Assembly (NCBI GenBank): GCA_964539655.1
Contig: CAZIJH010000002.1
Location: forward strand, 8,741-72,740
Length of the DNA stretch: 64,000 nucleotides
Source of the DNA: an uncultured archaeon
GTDB taxonomy: Archaea; Aenigmatarchaeota; Aenigmatarchaeia; CG10238-14; SCSR01
Direction of reading: 5' to 3'
The position numbers were made by a program, and so were the translations under genes. Positions 59,946-64,000 of the stretch are shown one piece after another. Below the pieces are notes generated by a model that worked only from the letters and a program-made list of their open reading frames with translations, made no database searches and was not told the DNA's origin. Numbering within the stretch: the first letter of the stretch is position 1; each line of letters opens with the position of its first letter.

Positions 59946-60950
59946 GAAAGGAATCGCCGCGAACGCCGCCTGTATCAGCATCATTCCGACGACGATCTGC
60001 CTTTCGGTCAATCCGAACCTCATCATCAGATGGGTCCACGAATAAATTTTGTTTCCGTACTTCGATTTTATTTTTCCGTTAGCCTGAACGACACCGAGAT
60101 CGGACGCGAATCTACCGAGCTTGTATATCGAATAGAATTTCAGAATTCCCTGAATGATGAAAGGAGTCATAACGATTATCGCTATCTTCTCCATGTTTCC
60201 GATTATCGCTCCTACAGCAACGACCGCTCCGAGCACGTAGGGCAGAGTGTCCCCAGGAAGAATTTTCGCCGGAGAGAAATTGTACCTCAGGAGAGCAAGC
60301 AACGCTGCGAACGTCGACAAGAAAAGAAGAGCGGCTTCCATATTTCCATTCATGAAAGAGAAAATTCCCAATGACAATGTGTATACTGCTCCCATTCCTG
60401 CTTCGAGCCCGTTGAATCCCCCGAGCATGTTCACCATGTTCGAAGCTCCGACTACCCCGATAGGAATTATCAGAAGCGGGAAAAGCAGTCCAAAATCTAC
60501 AGTGCCGATGATCGGAAACGTCATCTGAGTCATTCCGGCCATTATCGCCATCAGCGGGAGCGCCGCGGGAAAAGTGAGCGCGACCTTCTGCCATCTTTTC
60601 AATCCGAGTTTTCCTTCTATGTGCCCGAGAATCCTCACCTGAACGACGTTGAGATCGTCAATGAAGCCCGCGGCAGTTATTATCATTATCGAGGTGAGCG
60701 CCGCGAAAATTTTCAGCATCGACGTGTTGTCCCCGTATATGAAAACGTTGAGGAAGATGTACGCGAGGAGCGCGAACATTATTCCCATCGTGACGGGAAC
60801 GCCCGCGGAATGGGGAAGGATGGGGTCGCCGACTTTGTGCACGTCGGTGCTCGTGAGCTTGACGAACCTGAAATACCTTATGAAAAACGGAATCGAGAAC
60901 AAAGTCGCGAGGAACGCGATGGAGATTGAAATTGTCAGTATCGTTACCAT
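59931..60950 (-). CDS. MraY/GPT family HexNAc-1-phosphate transferase (AglH-like)
   Basis: DVHK, GFIDD, NMLGGFNGLE, ILPGDT. Confidence 0.88.
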   Translation of the reverse strand: MVTILTISISIAFLATLFSIPFFIRYFRFVKLTSTDVHKVGDPILPHSAGVPVTMGIMFALLAYIFLNVFIYGDNTSMLKIFAALTSIMIITAAGFIDDLNVVQVRILGHIEGKLGLKRWQKVALTFPAALPLMAIMAGMTQMTFPIIGTVDFGLLFPLLIIPIGVVGASNMVNMLGGFNGLEAGMGAVYTLSLGIFSFMNGNMEAALLFLSTFAALLALLRYNFSPAKILPGDTLPYVLGAVVAVGAIIGNMEKIAIIVMTPFIIQGILKFYSIYKLGRFASDLGVVQANGKIKSKYGNKIYSWTHLMMRFGLTERQIVVGMMLIQAAFAAIPFLGIV

Positions 60951-61011
60951 GTTTCCACTTTGCTTGTTAATTTAGTTGGGACGTTTAAAATTAATAAAGA
61001 TAGCCAGACTC

Positions 61012-63201
61012 TTACGTTATTGCCGCACCAGACAGCGTGTCATTGTAGGATGTTGAGTTGATAGTTATGTTTATCGGATACACTCCGTTTGCATCATAGC
61101 TGTTCTCAATCAGAATCAAAACATTTTCCGAACCGTTAAGCGTGGTTGCTTGGTCCGAATTAATTTCCTCCTCTCCGTTGTTGAATATCCATGAAAGCAG
61201 CCTCTGCCCCGCATTATTGCCTGCAATCACCTCGACAATCGCGCTGCTTGGATTCTCGGAAAGGACAATCTGACTAATTATCTCTGCAATTTTAATAACA
61301 AAGCTGCCGGAAAGAGAGTCGCTTGAATTCGCACCTGACGCCAATATCGTCAAGTTTCTTCTGCCAGAATCGTAATTATTTTCAATATACGCCACCAAAG
61401 ATTCTCCCTGAGTGAGATTCACTGTTGTGTTTGAAACGCTCGGCTCGGAAATGTTCCATGAGATGGTCTCGTTTGTCGGCCAGTTGTTGGCGACTGCGAA
61501 TTCGACAATCTTGTCGGTCTTATTCGATTCGTGTATATCATAGTAACCGATGTTCAATCCGTTCAAAACAAAAGACTCGTTGAAGATGTCGTTCATGCTA
61601 CCCGACGATATTCCGACGGATACAGTTTTCTTGCCGTCAGTCGTGTAATTTATGTCCCTTGAAATTACTGCGGTTCCGTTAGTGTCGAGTGTCACCTGAT
61701 CCTGAAATGTCTGGCCCTCGCTTGTTATGTTCCAGTTTATTGTCGACTGGCTGTAGTAATTCTTTATTGCGAATTGGACTAAACGGTTGTTCGCTCTTGT
61801 GGTAGTGCCGTTGTAATCTTCAATCTCGATTCCTTTTATTTCGAAGCCGACAGACTCAGTGTCATTTCCGTCAGTCGAATTTACGGAACACACCAATGTC
61901 TTCAGGCCAGAAGCGGCGTAGTCGTACACTCTGTCGAAAGTGGATTGGCCGTTGGCTGAAACTTGGAACTGGGAATCCGAGGTCTGGCCGTTGTTGCAGC
62001 TCCACCAGACATTTTGAGAAGTCTGGTCCATATCGTTCCTTACTATCAGCCTGTAAGAAGTGTTCGCAGCATCCCTTGCCGTGATAGAAAGGGATTGTAC
62101 AGATATTCCGAACTTTGCGCTAGCATTTTCGAAATCGATGGAATTGCCAGATGATTGAGCAGTCAAGTTTATTTTGTAATTCCCGCCAGCGTTGAATTCC
62201 TGCTCGACCACAAAAAATATTGATTCGTTTGTGGTTACGTTGAACGGAACAGACGAGTTGACTATTGTGCTATTTCCGAAATCAATTGTCCAATTTGCAT
62301 TTGTAACTGTTGCATTCTTTTCATTCGCGAGATAGAATTCGAAGTACCTTGTCCTATTAGTCGAATTCAAACTGGAAGCTTTGTGCAAATCTATTCCGGA
62401 CTCGACGGTCGTTATTCTAGACGGAGCATGCACAGGACTATTGCCATAGATGAATTTCGTCGTATTCAATCCGTCCCTCGCTATCTTCAGTATGTTTCCG
62501 ATCGCATTGTACGAATAGATGTAAGTCTTATCATCGATTGACGCATTAACGAGCCTGTCAAGAAAGTCGTAAACCATTCTATAAGTTTTGGAATTCGCAG
62601 AATCATTGATCAATATCACGTTGCCAACCGAATCGTAAGAATAATTCAGTTGCTGAATGTCTCCGGTCTTTATCTGTTTCAGTCTGGAATTCTGGCTGTC
62701 GTATGAAAATTCCGAAAGTTTCGAATTATAATACGTCTTGTTCGATATTTTGTCGAATGCATCATAGAAAGAATTGTTTATGAAACCGAGAATTTTTCCG
62801 GCTTTACTCTGATTGTTGTAATAGTACTCGGTGCCGTTTCCTGGAGTTAACGTCTGCTTTACTAACCTATCCATCGAGTCGTAGTAGTATCTTTTTTCAA
62901 ATTCAATCCCATCGACAGTTTTGATTTCACGTATCAGTCTCATTTTCTGGTCATATTCGTATCTGTAGCTTCCGTTCGTAAAAGTAATATTTGACAGGGT
63001 TCCTTCGTATTGGCCGTCGTACGCGTAAGTTATGTTCACCGTAGTGGAATTTTTAGTCAGAATCCTGTTTAGATGGTCATAGGTAATATTCACTTGATTT
63101 GTCGGACTGTCATATGTAAAATCTTGAATAGTCGCAAAAGTTGCCGGAGAAAATAAAATAAAAAATCCAAGAACAAACAAAATAAAATTAATTTTCTTCA
63201 T
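61012..63201 (-). CDS. Secreted YD/Rhs-repeat protein with five C-terminal Ig/CARDB-like repeats
   Basis: Signal peptide; YDHLNRI, YDSMDRL, YDSVGNV, YDFLDRL, HAP; repeated N..W..Y...G units. Confidence 0.8.
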   Translation of the reverse strand: MKKINFILFVLGFFILFSPATFATIQDFTYDSPTNQVNITYDHLNRILTKNSTTVNITYAYDGQYEGTLSNITFTNGSYRYEYDQKMRLIREIKTVDGIEFEKRYYYDSMDRLVKQTLTPGNGTEYYYNNQSKAGKILGFINNSFYDAFDKISNKTYYNSKLSEFSYDSQNSRLKQIKTGDIQQLNYSYDSVGNVILINDSANSKTYRMVYDFLDRLVNASIDDKTYIYSYNAIGNILKIARDGLNTTKFIYGNSPVHAPSRITTVESGIDLHKASSLNSTNRTRYFEFYLANEKNATVTNANWTIDFGNSTIVNSSVPFNVTTNESIFFVVEQEFNAGGNYKINLTAQSSGNSIDFENASAKFGISVQSLSITARDAANTSYRLIVRNDMDQTSQNVWWSCNNGQTSDSQFQVSANGQSTFDRVYDYAASGLKTLVCSVNSTDGNDTESVGFEIKGIEIEDYNGTTTRANNRLVQFAIKNYYSQSTINWNITSEGQTFQDQVTLDTNGTAVISRDINYTTDGKKTVSVGISSGSMNDIFNESFVLNGLNIGYYDIHESNKTDKIVEFAVANNWPTNETISWNISEPSVSNTTVNLTQGESLVAYIENNYDSGRRNLTILASGANSSDSLSGSFVIKIAEIISQIVLSENPSSAIVEVIAGNNAGQRLLSWIFNNGEEEINSDQATTLNGSENVLILIENSYDANGVYPINITINSTSYNDTLSGAAIT

Positions 63202-63545
63202 AATACATTTCCTCCGATATACATCAGCTCCTTGAATGGCGTGTAGATAGTGGTGTTCGCGGAATCGTTCCTCAAAATTTTAATGCGCTGTCCGAACGGA
63301 TCGTAGGTGTAGTTCTCGATTTCAACGGAATGATTTTCCAGGAAGACCTCGAATCCTATCAGATAATTGGAGAAGTTGCCGGAGTCGTTTGTTGCCGTAT
63401 CTACATAGGTGCCAACGGTTTCGAAGATGGTGAGATTAATCGGGAGTACTGGAGAAGAAGATTGTATGTAATCAAGGGCATAGGTTGGTTGTAAATGAAT
63501 TAAAGAGACTAAAAAAATAAATAAGGCTAAGAAAATTAATTTCAT
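63198..63545 (-). CDS. Small secreted protein carrying one YD-repeat fragment
   Basis: Signal peptide; YTYDPFGQRIKI..TTIY. Confidence 0.6.
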   Translation of the reverse strand: MKLIFLALFIFLVSLIHLQPTYALDYIQSSSPVLPINLTIFETVGTYVDTATNDSGNFSNYLIGFEVFLENHSVEIENYTYDPFGQRIKILRNDSANTTIYTPFKELMYIGGNVL

Positions 63546-63952
63546 TATTTCTTAGCCTCCTTTGAATTAAGTTTTATGTAACGTTTGTTTTTCGGAAGAA
63601 AATAGAAAATTATATAAATAGCCAAAATTATTTGGGACACTCTCACAATGTACCATAAAATATCATTACTGTAAAAAAATAGAATAATTATTGAAAAAAT
63701 TTCTATTATTGAAGGAGTATTAAGGAGTCGAGGATAGTTTTTCTTTATTGAAATGATTAAGAAAATTATGTTTAGGATTTGAAAAGACAATGAGACTACA
63801 GATGCTATAATTATCATTGGAGAAAAATCTATTTCAGCTTCAAATGTAGCAACATATAGGACTATCAAAGAATAAATTATAAGTGAAGTCAAGTAAAAAT
63901 TAGTCAGTAGAGAATTCTTAAAATTTAGTCTTGAATAATTTTTATGTCTCAT
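63545..63952 (-). CDS. AT-rich small membrane protein (possible immunity protein)
   Basis: About four hydrophobic segments, very low GC. Confidence 0.55.
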   Translation of the reverse strand: MRHKNYSRLNFKNSLLTNFYLTSLIIYSLIVLYVATFEAEIDFSPMIIIASVVSLSFQILNIIFLIISIKKNYPRLLNTPSIIEIFSIIILFFYSNDILWYIVRVSQIILAIYIIFYFLPKNKRYIKLNSKEAKK

Positions 63953-64000
63953 TTTGATTCACCAAAGAAATTACTAATGGTCTGAATTAAATAGTCAAAT
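63949..64000 (-). CDS. 3' end of an upstream gene running off the window
   Basis: Minus frame ..FDYLIQTISNFFGESK*, TGA overlapping the next ATG (ATGA). Confidence 0.45.
   Translation of the reverse strand, partial: FDYLIQTISNFFGESK

Overview
Archaeal chromosome segment; gene content and compact layout suggest a DPANN lineage, possibly Aenigmarchaeota-like (inference). 1-27.2 kb is mostly housekeeping: ribosomal proteins, Rpo3, the ftsZ-secE-spt5-L11/L1/L10/L12 cluster, three tRNAs (one with a BHB intron), fibrillarin/Nop5, TrmI, Hel308, Kae1, DnaG and Hjc, with a few small accessory insertions. 27.3-32.4 kb is the most unusual locus. An AT-rich unwinding-like element bracketed by a GC-rich inverted repeat lies between two small winged-helix genes. 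It is followed by an apparently inactivated PolD DP1-like subunit and a family B polymerase ending in a PolD DP2-type Zn finger, which resembles a eukaryotic catalytic subunit plus B-subunit pair. 32.9-35.5 kb is secDF. 35.5-61 kb is a surface-glycan cluster: an RHH-nucleotidyltransferase regulator, a UXS-PMM fusion with a slippery junction, 3,6-dideoxyhexose enzymes, glycosyltransferases, a flippase and an AglH-like transferase. The window ends in a fragmented, secreted Rhs/YD-repeat locus. All calls come from motif recognition by eye; no searches were run.
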